The notes: generated by a model from the letters alone, not told the origin. A DNA stretch of 32,000 bases from Promethearchaeia archaeon (GCA_046497275.1 JAWOFX010000064.1:12447-44446), one strand, 5' to 3'; numbered from the stretch's first letter, positions 18,803 to 27,960 are shown. Made by a program: numbers and translations.

Positions 18803-20329
18803 ATGAAATTTCTCGATTTTTATTTGTATATATGTAAATTATGCAGCCACAGGAAGATCCCACAAATTAAATTTAAGGAAAAAGAAGATCTATTTAATAA
18901 AATATTTAAATTATCTTACGGAATCGATAATAAAGAAATAAATAAAGCTTCTTTTTTAATTTTTGTTTTAACATTACTTCTAATAATTTCCTCAGCTATT
19001 TTAATAAATTTTAATTTTTATTTATTACTTTTTTTTTCTCTAATTCTCTCTCTTATCATATCTTATAAATTTAATTTTTATCTTTATAACAAACTTTTAA
19101 AGAGAGGTAAAGAATTAACTTCCTCTCTCTATATTATTAAAATCGATTACTCATTAATTCAGATAACAAAAAATAAATATGAAGACACGATTTTGGAATT
19201 TATTACATTAATAATATCTTATAATCTTCCTATTTCTAAGAAATTTGAAGAAATATTATCTAACATTCATTCTGGCAGCCCTCCTGATATGGAACTCAAG
19301 AAACTTCTTTCTCCCTCTATTGATTTTAATAATTTTAAAAATAATATCATTATACAAAAAGATCATCCTATCTTAGAAAAAAAAGAATTTAAAAATAGCA
19401 AACTTGAGGATGATTTTAAGGTTTATCTAAGAGAATTGAATACTAAGATTAGTATAATTTTCTTCATTGGAATATTTTATCCAATTGGATTATGTTTCCT
19501 TGTAACTTTTATTAGCTTTAATCAGTTAATACTAATAGCATCTGTACCCCTTTTCCTTTTACTTTTAAATTATCTATTTCGAAAATTTATCGCCATCGAT
19601 CATTATTTAATGGGATTAATTAAAAATAATAAAAAATCAGAAAAAACAGAATTTAATGAAATATTAAGTTTAATAAAAAGCTTCTCCTATTATTTGGAAA
19701 ACAATTTATCGCCGGAAAGGGCATTTTTGAAAGCATATCTTGATAAAAACGAGCATATTTTAATCTTAGAAAGAAGAGTCCCTGAAATCCAATTATTTTT
19801 AAATGGATCCTTACAATTTATCGAATTGATGAATATTTTCAGTAAAAAAATGAGTTCTTATAGATTTAAGATAATTTTCAATTCTATATCTAAAATGGTT
19901 AAAGAAAATTCAAAAATGAGTTCGGAAAAAATTAAAGATATACTAAAAGTTTTGAATAAACATCTAAAACTTGAAAAGAAAATAACAATGAAAATTAAAG
20001 CAGAAAGCATTAAAGTTTATATCTTCATTTTTATACTCCCGATTATATTAGGAACACTTGGAGCTCTAATGAGCTTCCTACCTTATATAATGATTGATCT
20101 TTTAGAAATTAATGAAATTAATGAAATTTTATATCTTAATCTTAATTTTAGGTTTTACGATCTTTTAATCTTCTTACTGATTTTATTATCGAGCAATTTT
20201 ATCTCCACTTATTATTTTTTAGCTACTATCTCATTAAAAAATAAGAAATTATTATTAATTATAGGAGAAATTTTACTAATTATATGCTTTTTAATTTCAA
20301 TTACTAATATTCTCCCTCTAATCGGATAA
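18803..20329 (+). CDS. TadB/TadC (PilC/GspF-like) membrane platform protein, duplicated halves
   Basis: Two TM-cytoplasmic-TM modules (ILSNIHSGSPPDMELKKL; SYYLENNLSPERAF) downstream of the secretion ATPase. Confidence 0.75.
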   Translation: MKFLDFYLYICKLCSHRKIPQIKFKEKEDLFNKIFKLSYGIDNKEINKASFLIFVLTLLLIISSAILINFNFYLLLFFSLILSLIISYKFNFYLYNKLLKRGKELTSSLYIIKIDYSLIQITKNKYEDTILEFITLIISYNLPISKKFEEILSNIHSGSPPDMELKKLLSPSIDFNNFKNNIIIQKDHPILEKKEFKNSKLEDDFKVYLRELNTKISIIFFIGIFYPIGLCFLVTFISFNQLILIASVPLFLLLLNYLFRKFIAIDHYLMGLIKNNKKSEKTEFNEILSLIKSFSYYLENNLSPERAFLKAYLDKNEHILILERRVPEIQLFLNGSLQFIELMNIFSKKMSSYRFKIIFNSISKMVKENSKMSSEKIKDILKVLNKHLKLEKKITMKIKAESIKVYIFIFILPIILGTLGALMSFLPYIMIDLLEINEINEILYLNLNFRFYDLLIFLLILLSSNFISTYYFLATISLKNKKLLLIIGEILLIICFLISITNILPLIG

Positions 20330-20334
20330 TTATT

Positions 20335-20631
20335 CTAAGAAAAGAAGAACGAAACTATTAATTCGATAAATAATATAATTCCGATTAATATCACTATAAA
20401 AATCGTAAATTTACTGATAATGATTAAAGTTTCTTTTCCAAATATTTCATTATATTCTATCACTAGACTTATATTATATAGAACAACGAATAATGGAATT
20501 ATTAATAATGAGTAAATTGAAAAGCTGACCGTGCTAGCTAATGAATCAGAAGAGAGTATGCAGAAAATTAATACTATTATAAAAATTGAAATAATTATTG
20601 TTAACTGAATTAGAAGATAATCACATAACAT
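20335..20631 (-). CDS. Small hypothetical membrane protein (about 3 TM)
   Basis: 98-aa hydrophobic ORF convergent with the platform gene. Confidence 0.6.
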   Translation of the reverse strand: MLCDYLLIQLTIIISIFIIVLIFCILSSDSLASTVSFSIYSLLIIPLFVVLYNISLVIEYNEIFGKETLIIISKFTIFIVILIGIILFIELIVSFFFS

Positions 20632-20782
20632 ACAATCATTCTTTATTCTAAGACTATTAAAACCCCATTCTTCTCTTTAAGTTTAGAAAGTTCTTAATAA
20701 AAATGATCTATTACAAAAATTTATTATAATAAATTTATTATTGATTTATGATTATCGAATCTACAAATGAGAGATATATTTT

Positions 20783-21271
20783 ATGAAAAATCTTAAATTA
20801 AAAGGATTGAAATATAATAAAGGAAAATACAATTTATATAATGATAGATTTGTTTTTTTTCCCCCCAAATTAATTAATGTTTTATCATCAATTTACGGAG
20901 AAGGAGTAAAATCTTTACTAGTATGGTTAGGAAAAAAAGCAGGATGGACCTTAATCCATGAATGGGAATCTGAATTTGAACCGAAAAATCTAGAGGATTT
21001 AGTGAGTCAATTTACAGAAATTATAAATCATCAGGGATGGGGGAATTTTGAAATATCAAATGTTTCAGAAAATTCGATTATTTTTGAGCTTCATCATAAT
21101 GTTTCTTCTCATCTCGATAGCGAATCAAAATATATTTGTTATTTTATAAATGGTTTGTTGACGGGTTTTGGAGAATATGCCCTATATAGAGTTAAAACCT
21201 CTGAATCTAAATGTATCTTTGAAGACCCGGATAATGATTTTTGTGAATTTAAAATTAATAAAATAGAATAA
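20783..21271 (+). CDS. V4R-domain protein
   Basis: LGKKAG, GWGNFE, ICYFINGLLTG and ESKC...CEF pattern with three Cys. Confidence 0.9.
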   Translation: MKNLKLKGLKYNKGKYNLYNDRFVFFPPKLINVLSSIYGEGVKSLLVWLGKKAGWTLIHEWESEFEPKNLEDLVSQFTEIINHQGWGNFEISNVSENSIIFELHHNVSSHLDSESKYICYFINGLLTGFGEYALYRVKTSESKCIFEDPDNDFCEFKINKIE

Positions 21272-21280
21272 AAATCCTTA

Positions 21281-21637
21281 CTACCAAGGATCCCACTCTT
21301 TAGGATCCAACTCTCTATCCATATTATTATCTTTCTTACTATGATTATTCATTTCGGAAAGATCAATATTTTTATTATCCTCCTGTACAATTTGATATTT
21401 AATATTCACATCCAAGCTATCTCCAATTACTACATCTTTAAATGCAGATATAAGAGATAGAAAATTGAAAAATTCTTGCTTATTCATTTCGATTTCCAAT
21501 TCCTCCTTTTCTGAATTTAAAGATATTCTAATATCTCTTACTTCTCCACTAACTTCTACTGAGGTTAATGTAATCTTATTAATCTTATTATTTAAAAAAA
21601 TATTCCAAGATGTTTCTCTTTTTTTCTCAATTTCCAT
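21281..21637 (-). CDS. Hypothetical protein with acidic/aromatic C-terminal tail
   Basis: 118 aa; beta-rich N-terminus, one helix, disordered linker, ends ELDPKEWDPW. Confidence 0.75.
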   Translation of the reverse strand: MEIEKKRETSWNIFLNNKINKITLTSVEVSGEVRDIRISLNSEKEELEIEMNKQEFFNFLSLISAFKDVVIGDSLDVNIKYQIVQEDNKNIDLSEMNNHSKKDNNMDRELDPKEWDPW

Positions 21638-21860
21638 AATAATATCACATTAAATTGGAACTATTAATCTAAAGAAAATAATTCAATTTAAAACTTTATT
21701 TCTTTTTATTATTATTTCAAATATTATTTATATATTTTTCATCGAAATCTTTTCTTTTTCAATAAAAAAAATTACGCCCTAAGAGAATATACTTGAGAAT
21801 TAAAAAATCAGGAATAATATAAATTAATCAGAATTAAAAAGAATAAAATTAAAGAATATT

Positions 21861-22166
21861 TTATAATAATCTTTCAAGAAATAAATCTTGGATAAAATTG
21901 GTCAAAGATTCATCTTCTATTATTTTATTTAAGATAATATTTAAATCTCTTAATTTTAGATTAGGTAATATCTTATTCAATATATCTTTAATATCGTCAT
22001 CTTCTTCGATATCTTTTATTGAATCATTTTTCTTTATTAATGAACTGATTTCTTTATCTCTTAATATCTTTTTGAATTTTTCAAAGATAAGATTAATCTC
22101 ATTTGATTCTAATTCTAAATTTTCAAAAAATTCTAATGATCTATTAATATCTTCTTTTCTTATCAT
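21861..22166 (-). CDS. Hypothetical helical protein
   Basis: 101-aa ORF with E/K/I-rich composition; follows the peptidase gene on the same strand. Confidence 0.7.
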   Translation of the reverse strand: MIRKEDINRSLEFFENLELESNEINLIFEKFKKILRDKEISSLIKKNDSIKDIEEDDDIKDILNKILPNLKLRDLNIILNKIIEDESLTNFIQDLFLERLL

Positions 22167-22214
22167 TTTAATTAACAGTTTAAATAATTTATTTGTAGTT
22201 TAATCTACTTTTAA

Positions 22215-22877
22215 TTATTTAAATCCCAATAAAATTAAAAAAGTAATAAATGAGAAAGAAATTACTAATATTAATGGAATTCGATCCAATATAAAAATTT
22301 GGAGTTTAATATCATTAAAATTAAAAACAATGTTATTATAGATAATTTTTCTCCTTTTATTATCAGATATTTTTAAATCCGATAAATTTTTTAATCCATA
22401 AGAGCTTAGGAAAAATATTTTTTGCAAGATTGAATTTCGCTTAATTTCGGGTAATATGAAATTAAATAATATATATTTTTTACTGATTCTATTCCCAAAT
22501 AATTTTAATAAATGATATAAATTGAAATAGAACGAAAATATAAAAAAGAACAAAAATATGCTTAGAAGGTTTAAATTAGATGAATTTAACATTATAAATG
22601 AAATAAGGATTACTTTACCATCTCCCCCACCTATAATCTTTAAACAATAGAATAAAAAAATTATTGAAAAGAAAATAAAGAAAATTATTGTTTTTATTAG
22701 AAAAAATTTTAAAATATCCAAATAGCAATATTTAAATTCAAAAAAATTATTTAAAATCATAAAAAAAAAGAATAATTTAAAAAAATTAGGACTTAAGTAG
22801 CGTTTCTTCAAATCTAAATAAGAAAAGATGGAAAGAAAACCTATTATTGAAAAATAATTAAATAAAATAAAGCAAAT
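22215..22877 (-). CDS. Prepilin peptidase (A24 family), N-terminus extended to a putative ATT start
   Basis: GGGDGK motif and C-terminal RIPLILVI. The in-frame upstream extension supplies TM1 and the first catalytic Asp (SYLDLKKRYLSPN). Confidence 0.85.
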   Translation of the reverse strand: MCFILFNYFSIIGFLSIFSYLDLKKRYLSPNFFKLFFFFMILNNFFEFKYCYLDILKFFLIKTIIFFIFFSIIFLFYCLKIIGGGDGKVILISFIMLNSSNLNLLSIFLFFFIFSFYFNLYHLLKLFGNRISKKYILFNFILPEIKRNSILQKIFFLSSYGLKNLSDLKISDNKRRKIIYNNIVFNFNDIKLQIFILDRIPLILVISFSFITFLILLGFK

Positions 22878-22878
22878 C

Positions 22879-23169
22879 TTACTTTTCCTCCCAAATTTTT
22901 AAAAAATTTTTAAAACTTCTTGCTTTTATATTTTCCTCTTTAAAACGGTAAATCCGAATGCGTCCAAAATTTTTTTGTTGTACAAGATCAACTTTTTTAA
23001 GATATTTTAAATGTTTATCAACATTTTTATGATTTAGATTTGTTTTTTTGATTATAGCGGATATATTAAGTTCTGTTTTGAAAGCTAAAAGCTTTAATAT
23101 TTTAACTCTCGCACGAGATCCTAATAAATTTTCAATTAATTTTCCATTTTTAAGTTTCTCTTCATTCAT
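22879..23169 (-). CDS. ArsR-like winged-helix protein
   Basis: LGSRARVKILKLL...LNISAI...HLKYLKKVDLV...GRIRIY; ATGA overlap with the cdc6 stop. Confidence 0.85.
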   Translation of the reverse strand: MNEEKLKNGKLIENLLGSRARVKILKLLAFKTELNISAIIKKTNLNHKNVDKHLKYLKKVDLVQQKNFGRIRIYRFKEENIKARSFKNFLKIWEEK

Positions 23170-24371
23170 AAAGCTATCTCACTCTCCTTCAACTTATTTA
23201 AGATTTGAATCTCAAGCTTTTTTAAAGGCATTTCTTGTATTTTTATAAGGGATTTCCTTCCCGAAATATTTTTACTCTTTATTGAGACTGTAATTATACC
23301 ATCTCTGTTGAAATCATTGAGATAATTCCATATTTGAGAATAAGATTTAGGTTTTTTATTTGCGTTCTCACATATTAAGTAATATTCATTAATTATGTTT
23401 GAGACACTGACTGCCACTTTGTTGGAATTTTTTAATGTTCGTAAAATCGATAATAAAAATAGAGATTTATTCAAATTCATATATTTAAGAATATCATTAA
23501 CCGAATAAGGAACAATTTCTTGATTTGCTAATCTAATTATCTCAGGGGTTAGAAACCGAAGATCTTTACTCTCTGCTATTTTACATGATTTCCATAATAT
23601 ATTAAGACCGTAGCGTATATCTCCTTTTTCAAATACAATTTCAGCCAAACTTTTTAAAATCTCGTCAGAAATCACATCCTTTTTCAAACTCAAAGAGGAT
23701 CTATATTTAAGTATATGTTTTATTTGATCTTTTGAATATGTATCAAATTTTATTATGTTTCTTTGTAAAGTACTCAATGTACTATTATCTAAATTATTTA
23801 GAAAGGAAATATCTCTAACTATTCCAATAAGAGATAGTCTCTGAGGACTATTATATGAATCGTCATACATTCTAGTTAGGGAGTAAATCAAATCCTCCTC
23901 CTTGTTTATTAGATAATTTAATTCATCAAGAACTAATATAATATGCAAATTCTGATTGTGAACTACTTTTTTTATTATTTCTAAAAGATCTTGTGGAGAA
24001 TATCCTCTTTTTGGAAAATCTTTTTTTAATTGTCCGATAATACTAATTAAAACTTTATAGCTGGTTCTCTCTTTCCTACAATTAATATGGATATATTTAA
24101 TATTAATTTCTCTTTTAAACGCAGCCTCTATTATTATATTCCCGAATTGCCTAACCGTTGCTGTTTTACCAATTCCCGTTTTTCCGGTTATTAGTAATTT
24201 TCTTGATATCGAATTTGGTTGGGTTATTAATGAGGAGAAAAGTTGCGATAATAAAGATAATTCTTTTTCTCTATGTGGTAATCTTTCAGGAATGTAATTT
24301 ATATCTAATTTATATTCTGCTTTAAATAAGCTTGGTTTTCCTAACAGTTTTTCAAAATAATTGTAAGACAT
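23166..24371 (-). CDS. cdc6: Cdc6/Orc1 replication initiator
   Basis: YIPERLPHRE, Walker A GKTGIGKT, Walker B LVLDE, GDIR sensor and a C-terminal winged helix. Confidence 0.95.
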   Translation of the reverse strand: MSYNYFEKLLGKPSLFKAEYKLDINYIPERLPHREKELSLLSQLFSSLITQPNSISRKLLITGKTGIGKTATVRQFGNIIIEAAFKREINIKYIHINCRKERTSYKVLISIIGQLKKDFPKRGYSPQDLLEIIKKVVHNQNLHIILVLDELNYLINKEEDLIYSLTRMYDDSYNSPQRLSLIGIVRDISFLNNLDNSTLSTLQRNIIKFDTYSKDQIKHILKYRSSLSLKKDVISDEILKSLAEIVFEKGDIRYGLNILWKSCKIAESKDLRFLTPEIIRLANQEIVPYSVNDILKYMNLNKSLFLLSILRTLKNSNKVAVSVSNIINEYYLICENANKKPKSYSQIWNYLNDFNRDGIITVSIKSKNISGRKSLIKIQEMPLKKLEIQILNKLKESEIAL

Positions 24372-24550
24372 TCTAAATGAGACTAAAAATTAATTTTGTA
24401 ATGGTAGTATAAAAAAATTTATAAGAGAGAGGAGTGTAAGAATTTTCTAAAAAATATTCCTTACATAAAAATTATTCAATTTTGTTTTAGTTTCCTTTAG
24501 GCAATTATGTCGGTAATGCTCATAATTTAAATGCTCAAACATCAATGATA

Positions 24551-25141
24551 TCAAAATTCGATTATTATTTCCTGTAAATTTTTGCGTTTTTTATTAAGGA
24601 ACTTTTTGATAAGAATCGAAGAAATTACAAAAATAACCAGAATGAATATCATTGATAAAAACGTTGTAAAGAGAATATTTTGCTTAAAATCATCCTCATT
24701 CTTTTCCTCTATATTAATAGTAATATTCTTAAGATATAAACAAGACACTTGACCTGATATTTCATAAATATAATAATAAAAGAGTAAAAATACAGGGTAT
24801 CGATTAAAATTATCAAAATTAAGATATAGGTCTTTAATTTTAATACTGAAATTTTTGTTAATATGACCATTCTCCTCAAACTTTGAAGATTTCCAAAGTA
24901 TCTCATTAGATGAATTCATTAATCTAATTTGAATGTAAGAATATTCTCCATTCAAATTATAAAGAATCCATGAAGCATTTACCCTTATAATTTCATCCGA
25001 AAAAAAATCTTTCTTATTGATGACTAAATTGAAATTATTTAGAGATGCATTCGTGATTTTAAAAAATTCTGTCTTAGAAAAATTTGATGAATAAACCACA
25101 AATATTAGAAAACAAACTAAGAAAAGATCTCTTTTCCTCAC
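24551..25141 (-). CDS. Hypothetical exported protein with C-terminal membrane anchor
   Basis: N-terminal basic plus hydrophobic signal, beta-rich middle, C-terminal TM followed by KKFLNKKRK. Confidence 0.7.
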   Translation of the reverse strand: MRKRDLFLVCFLIFVVYSSNFSKTEFFKITNASLNNFNLVINKKDFFSDEIIRVNASWILYNLNGEYSYIQIRLMNSSNEILWKSSKFEENGHINKNFSIKIKDLYLNFDNFNRYPVFLLFYYYIYEISGQVSCLYLKNITINIEEKNEDDFKQNILFTTFLSMIFILVIFVISSILIKKFLNKKRKNLQEIIIEF

Positions 25142-25262
25142 AAAAATTTATCTTAATATATATTTAAAAACCTCACGCACAAAAACATTTATTTTAATAT
25201 ATATTATTTAAATAAGAAGTAAGGATTAATTCATAAAAAAAAATTTATTGTATGGAAATAAA

Positions 25263-25460
25263 ATGGGAAAAGTAAGGACAGTTCAAATAAAAAATATTTC
25301 TAAAGAACTAATCAATACATATCCGGATGTATTTACCACTAATTTTGATGAGAATAAGAAATTATTGGATAAGTATCTTGAAGTTGATTCCAAACATTTG
25401 AGAAATAGAATATCTGGCTATATTGTTGACCTCTTAAAAAATAAAGAGAAGGAAGACTAA
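25263..25460 (+). CDS. rps17e: 30S ribosomal protein eS17
   Basis: MGKVRT...FTTNFDENKK...SKHLRNRISGY; start placed at MGKVR. Confidence 0.97.
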   Translation: MGKVRTVQIKNISKELINTYPDVFTTNFDENKKLLDKYLEVDSKHLRNRISGYIVDLLKNKEKED

Positions 25461-25503
25461 TCTCTTTTTATTAAAATAATAGAAAAAAAATTATTCTTCG
25501 GAA

Positions 25504-25878
25504 ATGGAAAACGAAAAAATAAAGAAAATGGCTGATTTGTTAAGATCTGGTAATAAAATGCTTAATTTTTCATGCCCTGAATGCAATTCTCCAATTTTTC
25601 AAAACAAAGAGGGAGATTTGTTTTGCCCGACATGTAATCGAAAAGTAGTAATGATTGAAAATAAAAATGAATTAAATCAAGATAATGCGGTAGAGAGAAG
25701 AATAGAATATACTGAAGAGAATATAGAACAAGATATAAACCAATCGGTCGCTATTCTTAGAGAAAAAATCGATTGGCTTCTCAATGAAATTCAATCAGAA
25801 ACCCAAATAGAAAATTTAAAGAATCTCTTAGACCTATTAAAAAAAATTTATGACCTTTTGTTTTATATTAGGTCCTAA
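25504..25878 (+). CDS. Sjogren/scleroderma autoantigen 1 (p27, UPF0148) Zn-ribbon protein
   Basis: KMADLLRSG-KML...CPECNSPIF...CPTC motif followed by a coiled coil. Confidence 0.85.
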   Translation: MENEKIKKMADLLRSGNKMLNFSCPECNSPIFQNKEGDLFCPTCNRKVVMIENKNELNQDNAVERRIEYTEENIEQDINQSVAILREKIDWLLNEIQSETQIENLKNLLDLLKKIYDLLFYIRS

Positions 25879-25936
25879 AAATTAATGAGTAAATCTTAAA
25901 ATCTTAATTTTTAGGAAAAATATTATTTTTAAAAAG

Positions 25937-26041
25937 TGCTTCTGCCGGGATTTGAACCCGGGTCACGAGGGTGAGAGCCTCATATGCGAAGTCCTAAAAT
26001 TCCTAAGAACCTTTAGATTGACCGAACTACACTACAGAAGC
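25937..26041 (-). tRNA. tRNA-Glu(CTC) with a 30-nt intron in the D arm; CCA not encoded
   Basis: Acceptor GCTTCTG/CAGAAGC-A, anticodon arm TGAGG-CT CTC AC-CCTCG, T arm CCGGG-TTCAAAT-CCCGG. Removing the insert restores the D stem GTGT/GCAT. Confidence 0.95.
25988..26017 (-). other. Non-canonical tRNA intron at position 21/22
   Basis: Helix GGTC/GACT flanked by 3-nt bulges AA|T and TC|G, with intron helix CTAAAG/TTTTAG (relaxed BHB). Confidence 0.85.
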
Positions 26042-26196
26042 CTAAAATTTTATAATCTTAACTTATTAAAGTAATTAGTTTAATTTTAAAAATTTAACTA
26101 TAAAATTGAAAATTATTAAAAAATGGTCTTTAATTAAAGTAGATAATTAAAAATAAGATTAATAAAAATTTATGAGTTTAGGCTAAAGCATTAAAT

Positions 26197-27213
26197 TTAC
26201 TTTATAAAAATAGGTTTAAGCAAATTCACATAATGATCCCTAATTGAGTATTCTGCAATTTTTGTAGATTCAGCTATAAGTTTTTGCGTCAGGACGGATT
26301 TTTGTTTGTATCTTTTTGCTAATAATTTATCAGCGAGATATATAACTGCCCCTGCTAAAATAAATGGATTTCTACCAGCTCTTTTCCACATACTTAAGTT
26401 TTTTAGTATGGACATAGACATATTCATTAAATGGATTTGAAATTCTTTTTTAGACCAATTAATTCCCTTTTTACATAATCTTTTTGTAAGATTTTTATGA
26501 TTTATTATTTGATTCACCAGTCGATTTAAATAGTCTTCACTTTTATGAGGTTTAGTTTTTATATCTAAGAATTTTTTGTATTTTAAACCGTCTCTTAACA
26601 TCAATCTTGGATTAACCCTATGACCGAATTTTTGAAATGCATTTGAAATTTCATTAATAGTTATAGGAGCATTATGGTTTTCTTCTCTCGCAGCTAAAAA
26701 TATGCAAAATGCTATTAAAGATATGTTATTTATGATTTCATTGTCATTTTTTATTATTTTTTTATAATAGTATGCTGCATTATTTCGAATATTTTTATTT
26801 AAATCTAAATAAATTGATATTTTATTTAATATATTAAAAATTCTATATTCTGTTTCATGATTTTTAATTCGAAGAAATTTCGAATAATTCTTTTTTAACC
26901 GACGATAAAGTCTTTGATCATTCGGAGATAGAAGATTTCCAGATTTATCTTTAAAAAATTTAGTTTTTTCATATCCAATAAAAGATCCTAATCCCCCTAC
27001 AAAATCTGTCCTATTTCCTAATGCTACATATTGTTTCGATAAATTATTATTTCTACTGTCTGTTTTAAAACTATAAGATGAATCCTTAAATATTTTATCA
27101 ATCACCAAACCACAGGCACCACATACAATTTCTCTACTCTTAATTATCGTTGATCCACCACATTCGGGACAAATGCCCTCAACTGAAGTATTATATATTA
27201 TTTTTTCATTCAT
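26197..27213 (-). CDS. Divergent TFB/TFIIB-family paralogue
   Basis: CPECGG...CGACG Zn ribbon, cyclin folds (LIAFCIFLAAR; GRNPFILAGAVIY), C-terminal TQKLIAE...IRDHY. Confidence 0.85.
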   Translation of the reverse strand: MNEKIIYNTSVEGICPECGGSTIIKSREIVCGACGLVIDKIFKDSSYSFKTDSRNNNLSKQYVALGNRTDFVGGLGSFIGYEKTKFFKDKSGNLLSPNDQRLYRRLKKNYSKFLRIKNHETEYRIFNILNKISIYLDLNKNIRNNAAYYYKKIIKNDNEIINNISLIAFCIFLAAREENHNAPITINEISNAFQKFGHRVNPRLMLRDGLKYKKFLDIKTKPHKSEDYLNRLVNQIINHKNLTKRLCKKGINWSKKEFQIHLMNMSMSILKNLSMWKRAGRNPFILAGAVIYLADKLLAKRYKQKSVLTQKLIAESTKIAEYSIRDHYVNLLKPIFIK

Positions 27214-27359
27214 TTTCGTATTGACTAGGTAATTAAATAATTTAATTGTAGACTCATTTATGTGAATTCTGTGGAAATTTTTTACTTAGAATTGAAAGTA
27301 TAATACATTTAAGAAGAAAGTTATTGTAATGGGATAGAGGGGATATTAAAAGTAAAAAA

Positions 27360-27668
27360 GTGGGATTTTTATTAGCAATTTTTGAAATATATAAAATAGT
27401 TGAAAAAATTCTAAAAATTGGTTCAAAAAAATTGTCTATAGAATACAGCTCTCTGGAGGCTATAAAAGAATATCCTAAAATATATTTTAAAATTCTTAAT
27501 AAAATCATAAATGAAATTAAAGAAGAATTAAATAATAAAAGAGAAGTAATGTTTTCAGATATTATCAATTTTATTATCAGAAAAAAGCTTAAGGGGGAAA
27601 AATACACAAAACTTATAATATGGTGCAATTATAATATGAGAATTGGGGAAGTTTATCTAAAAATTTAG
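27360..27668 (+). CDS. Hypothetical protein
   Basis: 102-aa K/I/E-rich ORF; preferred over the antisense 124-aa ORF on composition; start uncertain. Confidence 0.55.
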   Translation: MGFLLAIFEIYKIVEKILKIGSKKLSIEYSSLEAIKEYPKIYFKILNKIINEIKEELNNKREVMFSDIINFIIRKKLKGEKYTKLIIWCNYNMRIGEVYLKI

Positions 27669-27960
27669 AATTAATTTCAACATTTTTAAAAAAATCACTA
27701 AAATCCTCTAAAATAAAGGCTTTACTGTAATTAAAGCTGGTTTATATTCCTTAAAAATTTGAACTTTTGATAATTAATTTTTGTAAGAATTTTTAATTTG
27801 AAATAATTGTTTCTTGATTTTACAAATTTTTTTATTTACTAACTTTTTTATTATTTAATATAAGTAAAAGAAATTTTGATTAAAGAAATATTAAATTAGT
27901 TAAAGTTTATAATATCAAATATTTTTAATATTTTTTATAGAAAATAAAAGATGATTCCAA

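Noticed and set aside
24510-24545. Minus-strand TTATGAGCA as a guide for tRNA-Met Cm34
   Set aside because: No D box at the required +5 register (CCGA would target G31) and no proper C'/D' layout.
12615-24906. ORFs 12615-12821, 15266-15478, 21465-21653, 21898-22203, 23048-23248 and 24709-24906
   Set aside because: Antisense or out-of-frame shadows overlapping recognised genes.
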